Source: Gemmatimonadota bacterium (GTDB taxonomy: Bacteria > Gemmatimonadota > Gemmatimonadetes > Palauibacterales > Palauibacteraceae). From it: a DNA stretch of 64,000 nt. The stretch covers positions 512,001 to 576,000 of the forward strand of contig OZ220691.1 in the NCBI GenBank assembly GCA_965116475.1, read 5' to 3'. Below the pieces are notes generated by a model. The model saw only the letters and a program-made list of their open reading frames with translations, did not search any database and was not told the DNA's origin. Position numbers and translations under genes: made by a program. Below, piece after piece: positions 19,344-28,156 of the stretch (the first letter of the stretch is position 1; the number at the start of each line of letters is the position of its first letter).

Positions 19344-19817
19344 ATGAGAAAGCTGTTTCTGAAGACGGCGTTGTTCTCCCTCGTGGTTCCCGGGACCGTC
19401 TCCGTCGTTCTCCCGCTGCTCATTGTTCGCGGGCGCCCGGCCGCCAGCGGCGTGACGTTTGGCCTGGCCCTCCTCCTGCTCGGATTCGGGGCCGCGATTT
19501 TTCTGCGCTGTGCATGGGATTTCGTCGTAGCCGGCAGCGGGACGCCGGCGCCGATCGATCGAACGAAGCGGCTCGTGATCCGGGGACTCTACCGCTACTC
19601 GCGAAACCCCATGTACCTGGGCGTGCTGAGCGTCATCGCGGGGTGGGCCGTCCTCTTCGGAGCCGGAATCCTCGCGGCGTACGCGGCCGCCTGGTTCGTC
19701 ATCTTCTCTCTCTTCGTGCGGTTCCACGAGGAGCCGTACCTCGCGCGCGAGTTCGGCGACGAATACGTGGCGTACAGGAAACGCGTCGGCCGCTGGCTCC
19801 CGCGGCGTTCCCGCTGA
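19344..19817 (+). CDS. Isoprenylcysteine carboxylmethyltransferase/PEMT family protein
   Basis: GTPAP....LVIRGLYRYSRNPMYLG...EEPYL...FG.EY..Y...V.RW. Confidence 0.9.
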   Translation: MRKLFLKTALFSLVVPGTVSVVLPLLIVRGRPAASGVTFGLALLLLGFGAAIFLRCAWDFVVAGSGTPAPIDRTKRLVIRGLYRYSRNPMYLGVLSVIAGWAVLFGAGILAAYAAAWFVIFSLFVRFHEEPYLAREFGDEYVAYRKRVGRWLPRRSR

Positions 19818-19824
19818 GCTGTGA

Positions 19825-19840
19825 CGTTCCCGCGGGAACG
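19825..19840. repeat. 16-bp palindrome copy 3
   Basis: Exact match 7 bp after the PEMT stop. Confidence 0.95.
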
Positions 19841-19944
19841 CCTGTCAATGAGATGGGGGGTGAGATGGGGTGGCGGGGACAACGGAGGGGCGAAGGACAG
19901 CGGGGGCTTCGCAAGGAGCCGCCGGGAACCGGGAGGTGATTCTG

Positions 19945-20598
19945 ATGGACGACACCGGCATGCGGCTCACCGCGAACGACAGGTTCAAGCGCGCCAGTAC
20001 GAACTTCACACGGATCGGTTTGCTGGTCGCGGTCTTTCTTCACCTGGGGCTCTTCGTCCTCGTGCGGCCCTTCGAGGCCGCGGACATGGGGTCCGTCACG
20101 ACCGAGATCGAGTCGATCCGACTCCCGCCGGAGGTGAGGATACCGCCCCCGCCGGAAGCGATCGCGCGTCCCGCGAGGCCGAGGGTCTCCGCCGTCGAGA
20201 TTTCGCCGGACATCACGATCGCGCCCACGACCCCGGACCGGGTCCCGAGGGGTCTGCCCCCGCGCCCCCGGGCCCCCGACCCCTCCGAGCGTCCGATCCT
20301 CATCCCCTACGACACGCCCCCGGTGCTGCTGAACCCGGGGGAGGTACTGCAGGTGCTGGAGCGGGAATACCCGCGGGCGCTGATGGAGGCCGGGATCGAA
20401 GGGCGCGTCGAACTGTGGATCTACCTGTCGGAGGAGGGCCGGGTCGAGAGGTCCGAGATCAAGACATCCTCCGGCAACCCGCTGCTCGACGAGGCGGCGG
20501 GCAGGGTGATCCCGGCGATGCGGTTCAGTCCGGCGAAGAACCGCGACCGGATCACCGCGGTCTGGGTCTCGCAGTGGGTGACGTTCCGGGTGAACTAG
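19945..20598 (+). CDS. tonB: Energy transducer TonB
   Basis: N-terminal TM, Pro-rich linker, C-terminal YPRAL..AGIEG.V...SSG..LLDEAA...RF.PA; GGAGGT RBS. Confidence 0.85.
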   Translation: MDDTGMRLTANDRFKRASTNFTRIGLLVAVFLHLGLFVLVRPFEAADMGSVTTEIESIRLPPEVRIPPPPEAIARPARPRVSAVEISPDITIAPTTPDRVPRGLPPRPRAPDPSERPILIPYDTPPVLLNPGEVLQVLEREYPRALMEAGIEGRVELWIYLSEEGRVERSEIKTSSGNPLLDEAAGRVIPAMRFSPAKNRDRITAVWVSQWVTFRVN

Positions 20599-20613
20599 AA
20601 TAAGATTCGGCCC

Positions 20614-22206
20614 ATGTCGACCCACTGGGCCATCGATCTCGGTACGTCCAACACCACCATCTGCGAAGACCGGTCCGGCCGGCCGCACATCGTGAACCTG
20701 CCGGACCTCGCCAAGCTGGAGCCCGTCACGCAGACCCCGGTCATGCCGTCGTGCGTGTGCGTCATGGACCGGGACGGCGAGGACGTCCTCATCGGGCAGG
20801 CCGCCGTCACCTACAACTGGGACGGGCAGGCCACGGGGTTCGCGCGCGGCTTCAAGCGCTACCTCGGCACGGAGAGCGGCCGGGCCCTGGCGCGCGCCGG
20901 CGGGAGAGCGTTCACCGCCCAGGATGTGGCGGCGCTCTTCCTGCGGGAGGTCATCGGCGCCCTCGAGGCGCGCTTCGGGGAAGAAGTCACCGACATCACG
21001 ATCGCCACGCCGAGCGGCTTCTACGAGACGTACCGCGCCGAGCTGCAGGCGATCATCCGGCGCCTGAAGCGCCGCGGCTGGTGGGCGCGCGTGTGGGCGC
21101 GGCTGCGGCGGAAGCCGGCCGGGATCGTGTTCCGGACGCTCGACGAGCCCGTCGCGGCCGCGCTCGGCTACGGCGTGGATGTCGGGCGCCCCACCACCCT
21201 CGTCGCCTTCGACTTCGGCGGCGGATCCATGGAGGCCGCCGTCGTGAGGACCCACGGCGCGCAGACCGTGGAGAGCGGGCGCGCGGAGGTGCTGGCCAAG
21301 CAGGCGGTGGACCTCGGCGGGGACGACGTCGACGGCTGGATTCTGGAGCGGTTCGTCCCCACGGCGCTGCACGACTGGCCCGAATGGGAGGTCGCGCTCC
21401 GCTGGGAGGCCGAGCGCGTGAAGCTCCTCGCGAGCGCCGGGAACGAGGGGGACTTCACCTTCCGCAACGAATCGTACGGGAAGCTGGACTATCCCGTCCT
21501 GAACGACATTCTCGCCGCGAACGGCCTCTACGTGCGGATCCGGGAACTGCTCGACGCGCTGCTCACGGAGCTGCGGACCCGGCACGGGGTCCTCGCCGAC
21601 GGCATCGACGACGTGATCCTCGAGGGCGGGTCGACGCTGCTGCCCGAGGTGCGGAACGTCGTGGGCGACGTGCTCGGCCGGGAGAAGGTGCGGGAATGGC
21701 TCCCCTTCGCGGCCGTGGCGCGCGGCGCGTGCATCTTCGCCGGCGGCGCGCACGTCGAAGACTTCATCTACCACGACTACGCGCTGCGCGTCCTGCCCGA
21801 AGACGATGCCGACGCCGAGTACGAGCTGCTCATCCCCGGCGGCACGTGCTTCCCCACGGTCGACAACTTCGCGACGCGCTACTACGCCCCCGGCCGCGAT
21901 GGCCAGCGGCACATCAACCTCTTCATCTGCGAGGTCGGACGGGTGGCCGGACGCCCCATCGACTGGAGCGAGCGCAGCAACGGCTCCAGCTACTTCGTGC
22001 CGCGGAGCGCCGGCGAGCGGGCGTTCTGCCTGTGCCTCAACGAGGCGGACCCCGCCCTGCCGCTGGATCCCCCCGGCAGGGGCACGGCGCCCCGGCTGCG
22101 CGTCACGTACTCGGTGGACGAAAACCGCTGGCTGTGTGTAACCGTACATGACCTGCACCGGAAGACGGACCTGAAAGTCAAGCACCCAGTGGTGAGATTG
22201 CGGTGA
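20614..22206 (+). CDS. Hsp70 family protein (non-DnaK, short substrate-binding region)
   Basis: AIDLGTSNT, LDEPVAAALGY, FDFGGGS, AERVK, LEGGSTLLP, AVARGA. Confidence 0.88.
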   Translation: MSTHWAIDLGTSNTTICEDRSGRPHIVNLPDLAKLEPVTQTPVMPSCVCVMDRDGEDVLIGQAAVTYNWDGQATGFARGFKRYLGTESGRALARAGGRAFTAQDVAALFLREVIGALEARFGEEVTDITIATPSGFYETYRAELQAIIRRLKRRGWWARVWARLRRKPAGIVFRTLDEPVAAALGYGVDVGRPTTLVAFDFGGGSMEAAVVRTHGAQTVESGRAEVLAKQAVDLGGDDVDGWILERFVPTALHDWPEWEVALRWEAERVKLLASAGNEGDFTFRNESYGKLDYPVLNDILAANGLYVRIRELLDALLTELRTRHGVLADGIDDVILEGGSTLLPEVRNVVGDVLGREKVREWLPFAAVARGACIFAGGAHVEDFIYHDYALRVLPEDDADAEYELLIPGGTCFPTVDNFATRYYAPGRDGQRHINLFICEVGRVAGRPIDWSERSNGSSYFVPRSAGERAFCLCLNEADPALPLDPPGRGTAPRLRVTYSVDENRWLCVTVHDLHRKTDLKVKHPVVRLR

Positions 22207-22240
22207 GATTGCGGTGAGATTGCGGTGAGATTGCGATGAG
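22191..22240 (+). repeat. 4 x 11-bp tandem repeat GGTGAGATTGC at the Hsp70/HEAT junction
   Basis: Read directly. Confidence 0.92.
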
Positions 22241-23525
22241 CTTCCTCCAGTCGCTGTTCGGACCGAGCCGGAAGGAGATCTGGCGCCAGCTCTCCCGCGA
22301 GCTGGACGGGCAGTTCCATGACGGGGGCCTTTTCGGCCACTCCGCCGTCCAGGCCCGCAGCGGCGACTGGACCCTCACGCTCGACACCTTCACATCCGGC
22401 GACGGCAAGACGAACCAGACGTTCACGAGACTCCGCGCCCCCTACTTCAATCCCGAGGGGTTCCGGTTCGACATCTACCGGGCGGGCGTCTTCAGCGGGT
22501 TCGGGAAGGCGCTGGGCATGCAGGACGTCGAGGTCGGCCAGCCGCGCTTCGACCGGGACTTCGTGATCAAGGGCAACGCGCCGCGGCGCCTGCGGCGGCT
22601 CTTCGGCAACGCTGCCGTCCGTCGGCTCATCCATGCCCAGCCCAAGATCCAGCTTTCGGTGAAGGGCCGCGACGGGTGGTTCGGCCGTTACCCGGACGGG
22701 ATGGACGAACTCCACTTCCAGGCGCATGGGGCGATCAAGGACCTCGTGCGGCTGCGGAACCTGTTCGACCTGTTCACGGAGGTCCTGTGGCAGGTCTGTC
22801 ACGGGGGGAGGACGGACGGGGACGACGTCCGGTTCCACGTCCGTCGCCTGAGCGCGCCCGGGGGCCGAATCACCAACAAGTACGTCCTCTGGGAAGGAGA
22901 CAGCCCGCGCCGCCACGCCGCCGCCGCACTCGGACGGCTCGGGGACCCCGCGGCGATCCCGGCCCTGGCCGATGTTCTCTGGGACGACGACGCCGTGCTC
23001 CGGCTGCGGGCGGTCGAAGCGCTCGCCGAGATTCGGCACCGCGACGCGATCGGGCCGCTCGTCCCGCTGCTGGGCGACGCGCGGAAGGCCGCCGGCCTGC
23101 GATTCCGCGACGGCGTCGCCGAGGCGTTGCGGCAACTGGGCAAGGCGGAGCTGGTCGTCACCGTGGGCGCGGCGCTCGGCGGCGACTTCGACGGTCTCAA
23201 GGCCTACGACGGCAGCTACCGGGCGGAGATCATCGCGGCGCTCGGCCACGCGCTCGAGGGATCCTCCGGCGCACACGCGGCGCACGCCCTCGCCGAGATC
23301 CACGCCGTGGAAGCGCTCCCCCGCCTGCGCGAGGTGCGGAGGAGCATCGGGTCACGGGACGCCACGGGTGAGGCGGTTTCCGCCGCGATCGGCAAGCTCG
23401 AAGCCCGGGCCGCCCTTCCACGCGCCGCAGCAGCAGCCGACGTCGAAGTCGACACCCTCCCCCGGTCCGCCCAGGCACCGGGCCCCGACACCGGCACCCT
23501 CCCCCGCAGCTCCCAGACCCCCTAG
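22236..23525 (+). CDS. HEAT-repeat domain protein with N-terminal DUF3137-like domain
   Basis: C-terminal AAAALGRLGDPAAIPAL...RLRAVEALAEI....AIGPLV repeats; N-terminal QDVEVG.PRFD..FVIKG. Confidence 0.7.
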   Translation: MSFLQSLFGPSRKEIWRQLSRELDGQFHDGGLFGHSAVQARSGDWTLTLDTFTSGDGKTNQTFTRLRAPYFNPEGFRFDIYRAGVFSGFGKALGMQDVEVGQPRFDRDFVIKGNAPRRLRRLFGNAAVRRLIHAQPKIQLSVKGRDGWFGRYPDGMDELHFQAHGAIKDLVRLRNLFDLFTEVLWQVCHGGRTDGDDVRFHVRRLSAPGGRITNKYVLWEGDSPRRHAAAALGRLGDPAAIPALADVLWDDDAVLRLRAVEALAEIRHRDAIGPLVPLLGDARKAAGLRFRDGVAEALRQLGKAELVVTVGAALGGDFDGLKAYDGSYRAEIIAALGHALEGSSGAHAAHALAEIHAVEALPRLREVRRSIGSRDATGEAVSAAIGKLEARAALPRAAAAADVEVDTLPRSAQAPGPDTGTLPRSSQTP

Positions 23526-23529
23526 ACGG

Positions 23530-23545
23530 CGTTCCCGCGGGAACG
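23530..23545. repeat. 16-bp palindrome copy 4
   Basis: Exact match between convergent genes. Confidence 0.95.
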
Positions 23546-23579
23546 TGTGGGCGTTGATCTCGCGCCCTTGACCCTGACG

Positions 23580-25562
23580 TTACAACGCTCCCTGGCGTTT
23601 CCGCTCGAAGATCGACACCCTCATGGTCAGGATCTTCTGTCCGACGTAGCCGGCGACCGGCGTACCGGACATGCGCGCGTCGATGTCGCGGCGGTACACC
23701 GCCGCCTTACCCTCTAGCGTCGCGCACTCCTTGAGCACGATCCGCGTCCCGTAGGTGACGAAGCTGTCTCTCGGGAGCACCCCTCCCTCCCCCACGATCC
23801 ACTCCGGCCTGCCGAGGCCATCGATCGGCCCTTCGGACCGGGGCACGCCTATCTGAGAGAACATCTGCTCGACCTTCACCGTGAGGGGGAGGTCCAGGGG
23901 CTCGCTCCATCGGTTGAGAAAGTCCACGCTCACATCGAAGCTGCAGGAGGCGGCGTCGAAGGTGCTCCTGTTGACGAGAACCGCGACCGAGTCGGTAACG
24001 TTGCGTCCGAGATCCGCGTTCCACTCGGCCCGGGTCCTGGCCGTCCCGGAGACCTCCACGGGTGCGGTATACAGCTGCGCGACCCCGGTCCGGTTGTCGA
24101 CCCATACGGGGTGGAATCGACCGTCTGCCGCAACCATCATTCCGACGTAGTCTCCCACCTCCTCGTAGGTGCGGTGCGCTCCGCCCGTGATGATCGCGAT
24201 CCAGCTGCTGCCGTCCCTGGGTCCGGGGACGGCGCCCAGGCCCGCATACCCCTCCCGTTCTCCCTCCCCTCGCGCGTAGGTGTGTGCGGCTTCGCTCACC
24301 GCAACGCTGGGCAGCACGCTTTCGCCCCCGTCCAGAGAGGCCGTGAATCGCTGGCGGAACTCCTGATTGAAGGGGTCTTCACGACGGTCGAGCCAGGTGA
24401 TCCCAACGACCCCGTCGCGGTTGACCGCGATGTCGGGCATGAACGCGTTCGGGCCTGCGGAATCGAGGGGGATGCGGGGGTCGTCGACCGGAAGGGGGCT
24501 GGCCCATTCCTCACCGTCGTCCGACCAGCTCAACATGATCTGACAGCGTCCGTACGTGTGGTCCGCGAACGCCAGGTAGGCCCGCCCGTGGAATGGACCG
24601 TCGGAATGATCGACCGCGATCTCCGGAGGACCGCCATAGGGCGTACACGGCGTGGTCTTTGCGACGTGGTGCGGTTGGTGGATGGCCCTCCCACCTTCGG
24701 TGACCGTCACGACGGAGGCGAAGTTCTTCGTGGCCGTGTCTCGGGGGGCTTCCCACCAGGGGGGGTCCCACCAGGGCGTCGGCGAAGGAGCGGGGGGTGT
24801 GGGCTGAAACGGGGGGCGGACATCGACGGGAACGAGGACCCACCCATCCGGGTGCACGGCCGGTGCACCGACCTGGCCCTGATACCAGTCCTTCGGGATC
24901 AACATGTCGACGGGACCCGCGTAGCTCCGGCCGGAGTCGGCCGAGACCACGAGCGACACATGCCGCCGCGGAAGCTCGCCCTCCTCCTCCTCGACCCGCA
25001 CGCCCACGGCGTAGACGTGCCCGTGATACGGCCCGCCCGTCCAGTCGACGACGAGATCCGCGTTGTCCACGAACGGTCCGAGCACGGGTTCGCTCCACGT
25101 GCGGCCACCGTCCGTCGAGCGGAAGAAGTGAGTGATGACGTGTGACTCGTACGCGATCCTCGGGTCCCCGCGGGCCGGTAGCGACGCGAAGTAGACCATG
25201 CCTCCCGGCCCGAAGGCGCAGGCGGGGTCCCATGTCGTGCCCCACCGCGAGATCGTGTCGTTCAACGCGATGCCCCAGGTCGCCCCCGCGTCATGGGACA
25301 CATAGATGCCCGTCGACAGCCGGCTTCGGGTGGGGTCGACGATCATCGAGCACACCGCCATGCGGGTCGAGTCCGAGGGATCGGCATGGGCGAAGTACTC
25401 CGAGTGCGCCGCAGCCGCATGATCGCCGCTGACGAGCACATTCCGCCCCACCTGGATCAAGGAGCGCCCATGGCGGGGCTGTTCAGGCGGCGCGCACGCC
25501 GGGGTCGTGAGGATGAATACGGAGACGAGGGCGAACACGGCCTCCAGGCGGGGTGCCGTCAC
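23580..25562 (-). CDS. Sialidase-like (Asp-box/BNR) beta-propeller lipoprotein
   Basis: Asp-boxes SHDAGATW, STDGGRTW, SADSGRSY, SDDGEEW, SLDGGES; GDYVGM; GTG start overlapping the upstream stop. Confidence 0.78.
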   Translation of the reverse strand: MTAPRLEAVFALVSVFILTTPACAPPEQPRHGRSLIQVGRNVLVSGDHAAAAHSEYFAHADPSDSTRMAVCSMIVDPTRSRLSTGIYVSHDAGATWGIALNDTISRWGTTWDPACAFGPGGMVYFASLPARGDPRIAYESHVITHFFRSTDGGRTWSEPVLGPFVDNADLVVDWTGGPYHGHVYAVGVRVEEEEGELPRRHVSLVVSADSGRSYAGPVDMLIPKDWYQGQVGAPAVHPDGWVLVPVDVRPPFQPTPPAPSPTPWWDPPWWEAPRDTATKNFASVVTVTEGGRAIHQPHHVAKTTPCTPYGGPPEIAVDHSDGPFHGRAYLAFADHTYGRCQIMLSWSDDGEEWASPLPVDDPRIPLDSAGPNAFMPDIAVNRDGVVGITWLDRREDPFNQEFRQRFTASLDGGESVLPSVAVSEAAHTYARGEGEREGYAGLGAVPGPRDGSSWIAIITGGAHRTYEEVGDYVGMMVAADGRFHPVWVDNRTGVAQLYTAPVEVSGTARTRAEWNADLGRNVTDSVAVLVNRSTFDAASCSFDVSVDFLNRWSEPLDLPLTVKVEQMFSQIGVPRSEGPIDGLGRPEWIVGEGGVLPRDSFVTYGTRIVLKECATLEGKAAVYRRDIDARMSGTPVAGYVGQKILTMRVSIFERKRQGAL

Positions 25563-27403
25563 CAACCGCCGGACCCCTCTTCGGCGACCGTGCTCCCGGC
25601 GGGGAGCGCGACGACCTCGATGGCAGCCTCGCGCATCGTCACCGCGAGCGTACGTCCGTCGGGGCTCACGCTCGGCTGGAGTGCGCCGAGCACGCCGGTC
25701 GTAACCTGTTCGGTCGCGCCGGTGGGGATGTCCACCCGCCAGACCTGGAAGGGCCCGAAGCCGTCGTTGCGCGAGTAGAAGAGCGATGCGCCGTCGGCGC
25801 TCCATTCGGGCGCGCTGTACGGTTCGCCATTGGCAAAGGAGACAACGGGGGTAGGGGTTCCACCCGCGGCCGGCACAGTGTAGACGGTGACGCGTCCGTC
25901 CTCGAACGAGCGTCCGTAGAAAGCCAGCCGCTCGCCGTCCGGCGAGAAACGGGCGCCCATGGCATAGCCCCGGAACCCGTCGAGCGGGACTCGGACAGGG
26001 TCGGCGACCGCGAACCCCGTAGCGGGATCGACGGCGACCGAGTACACGGACCCCGGGTTCCCCTCGAGCGGCGGGCCGTGACTGCTGAAGGCGAGCGTCC
26101 GCCCGTCCGGACTCCAATCCGGCTCACCGGTGTCCGCGCCCGGTCCGAAGTGCGTGAGACGTGTGGGTCGCTCGCTCCCGCCGGCCGGGACGAGCCAAAT
26201 GTCATCGCTCTCCCCAAGGTGCGAGTGGAACGCGAGCCACCGGCCGTCGGGCGACCACGCGGCTCCGTAGTCTTCGCCCTCCTCCGAGAGGAGCGTCCGG
26301 ACCGTGCCGGTCGGGGCGCCCTCCGCATCGAGGTCAAGGACGCCCAGGTCGAAGTCGATGGGCATGCGGACGCGTCGCCAGGAGAACGTGATGAACCCCA
26401 GCGCCTCCCCGTCGGGGTGCCAGGAAGGCAGGAAGGCGCTCGTGGAGCCTGCCGTTGTCACATCGGTGGGTTCCCCTCCTGTCACGGGAACGAGGCCCAC
26501 CGCCGTGCGCGTGTGGTAAACACTGAGAGCGACTCGCCCGTCGGCGAGCGGAGTGGCCGCGAGCACGTCACGGCCGTTGTGCTCCAGCCGTGCGGCCGGG
26601 CCTCCGTCCAGCGGCACGCGCCAGGCGACAAAGAGCGAGTCGTGGATCCCCGCTGCAGCCAGATGGAGCGCGCGGCCCGTGGAGGACCACTCCACGCGGC
26701 GGTCCCATCCGAGCTGGAGATCGGCGGCGAGCGTCCGCGTCTCGCCCGACGCGATCTCCGTAACGGCCAGGTCCGCGCGTCCGCCCGCGACGCGAAGGTA
26801 TGCGACGACGCGGCCGTCGGGAGATCGCACGGGTGCGACCCATCCCCCGGCGCCATCGACGACGACGGATGCCACGCTGCCCGGTCCCGGCGCATACGCG
26901 ACCCACGCGGTGTCGGCCCCCGCGTACCGAAGCGCGGTCACGGTCCCGTCGGGCAGCAGTCGCGGATAGTCGATGCGTGCGTCCCCCGGATCCACGATGC
27001 GCGACTCCCGGCCGGTGGTCGGGTCCAGGGTCCAGACCCCGTGACGATCGGAATGGCGGTCGACGTAAACGACGCGCGAACCGTCGGGCGACCATGTCAC
27101 TCGCGATCGTCCCCCCTGCGTCCTCGTCAGCACGCGGCCGACTCCGGTCGCTACGTCGTAGACCGTCAGCGATCTCCTGTCCGCGGCATAATCGGCGAAT
27201 ACGACCTGATCGCCGGCAGGCGACGGAATGCCCGGATAGGCGTCGTACAAGTCCGTGTGGACGTGTCGTGCGAGCACGACGTCCGAGACATCTTCAACAT
27301 CGTTTCCGCACGCCGCCGCCATGAGGAGGGGCACTGCTACGAGGCCGCGGGACGCAACCGACCGCAAACGCGGCCCACTGAGGATGAGGCTCAGCTGACT
27401 CAT
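25559..27403 (-). CDS. TolB-like PD40 beta-propeller lipoprotein
   Basis: Many WSPDG/SPDG repeats; lipobox LMAAAC. Confidence 0.8.
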   Translation of the reverse strand: MSQLSLILSGPRLRSVASRGLVAVPLLMAAACGNDVEDVSDVVLARHVHTDLYDAYPGIPSPAGDQVVFADYAADRRSLTVYDVATGVGRVLTRTQGGRSRVTWSPDGSRVVYVDRHSDRHGVWTLDPTTGRESRIVDPGDARIDYPRLLPDGTVTALRYAGADTAWVAYAPGPGSVASVVVDGAGGWVAPVRSPDGRVVAYLRVAGGRADLAVTEIASGETRTLAADLQLGWDRRVEWSSTGRALHLAAAGIHDSLFVAWRVPLDGGPAARLEHNGRDVLAATPLADGRVALSVYHTRTAVGLVPVTGGEPTDVTTAGSTSAFLPSWHPDGEALGFITFSWRRVRMPIDFDLGVLDLDAEGAPTGTVRTLLSEEGEDYGAAWSPDGRWLAFHSHLGESDDIWLVPAGGSERPTRLTHFGPGADTGEPDWSPDGRTLAFSSHGPPLEGNPGSVYSVAVDPATGFAVADPVRVPLDGFRGYAMGARFSPDGERLAFYGRSFEDGRVTVYTVPAAGGTPTPVVSFANGEPYSAPEWSADGASLFYSRNDGFGPFQVWRVDIPTGATEQVTTGVLGALQPSVSPDGRTLAVTMREAAIEVVALPAGSTVAEEGSGGW

Positions 27404-27424
27404 AATGATAAATAACTCTCATTA
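27403..27424. promoter_or_regulatory. Fur-box-like site at the start of the PD40 gene
   Basis: TAATGATAAATAACTCTCATTA (TAATGA...TCATTA dyad). Confidence 0.6.
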
Positions 27425-27546
27425 CGGTAAGGCGTCAATCGGGATGTCGTGCCCGGACGATTCCTTGCCTTGATTGGAGGAGTTCGACCACGAGCAGTAC
27501 CAGGAGGAGGTCGAGCGCTGGAGGAACCGTGCGCGTGACAGGGGCC

Positions 27547-27566
27547 GATAAGGCGTTATCATTATC
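27547..27566. promoter_or_regulatory. Fur-box-like site upstream of the fur-family gene
   Basis: Reverse complement GATAATGATAACGCCTTATC versus the classical GATAATGATAATCATTATC. Confidence 0.7.
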
Positions 27567-27614
27567 GTCCAACGGCGGTCCAACCGTGGTCCAACGGTGC
27601 GGAGGCGACCTTCG

Positions 27615-27983
27615 ATGCAGCGAGATACTCGACAACGCCGGGCGATCCGCCGCGTGTTCATGAGCGCGGGACGCCCGCTCACGCTCGACGAGATCCTCGA
27701 GTCCGGCCAGCGGATCGTGCCGTCGCTCGGCGTGGCGACCGTCTACCGGAACGTGAAGGCCCTGGTCCGCGAGGGGTGGCTGTCGCGCGTGAAGCTCCCC
27801 GGCGCCGGACTTCGGTACGAGTTGGCCGACCGTCCGCACCACCATCATTTCCTCTGCCACTCCTGCGATCAGGCGTTCGACGTCCACCGGTGCCCGGACG
27901 AAGTCGAGACGCTGGCGCCGGACGGCTTCGACGTCGACAGCCACGAGCTGGTTCTCTTCGGTCGCTGCGCGGCCTGCGCGTGA
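27615..27983 (+). CDS. Fur family metalloregulator
   Basis: TRQRRAI, SLGVATVYRN, HHHHFLCHSC, C-terminal CAAC. Confidence 0.92.
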   Translation: MQRDTRQRRAIRRVFMSAGRPLTLDEILESGQRIVPSLGVATVYRNVKALVREGWLSRVKLPGAGLRYELADRPHHHHFLCHSCDQAFDVHRCPDEVETLAPDGFDVDSHELVLFGRCAACA

Positions 27984-28091
27984 CGGACGCCTGACCCGGC
28001 CGTGCGCGTGACGAGCCGCTGACCCGGCCGCTTCCCGCGGCCCCGGGGCGGCCTGATCGGCGATCGTCGGCCCCGACCCTTGCCCCTTATC

Positions 28092-28110
28092 GATAATAAG
28101 TTATCATTAC
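28092..28110. promoter_or_regulatory. Fur-box-like site upstream of the TonB-dependent receptor
   Basis: GATAATAAGTTATCATTAC; shares TTATCATTA with the other two sites. Confidence 0.7.
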
Positions 28111-28156
28111 GGCCACGCGCAGGCATATCTCACGTCCCACTCGCACGCGGCCCCCC

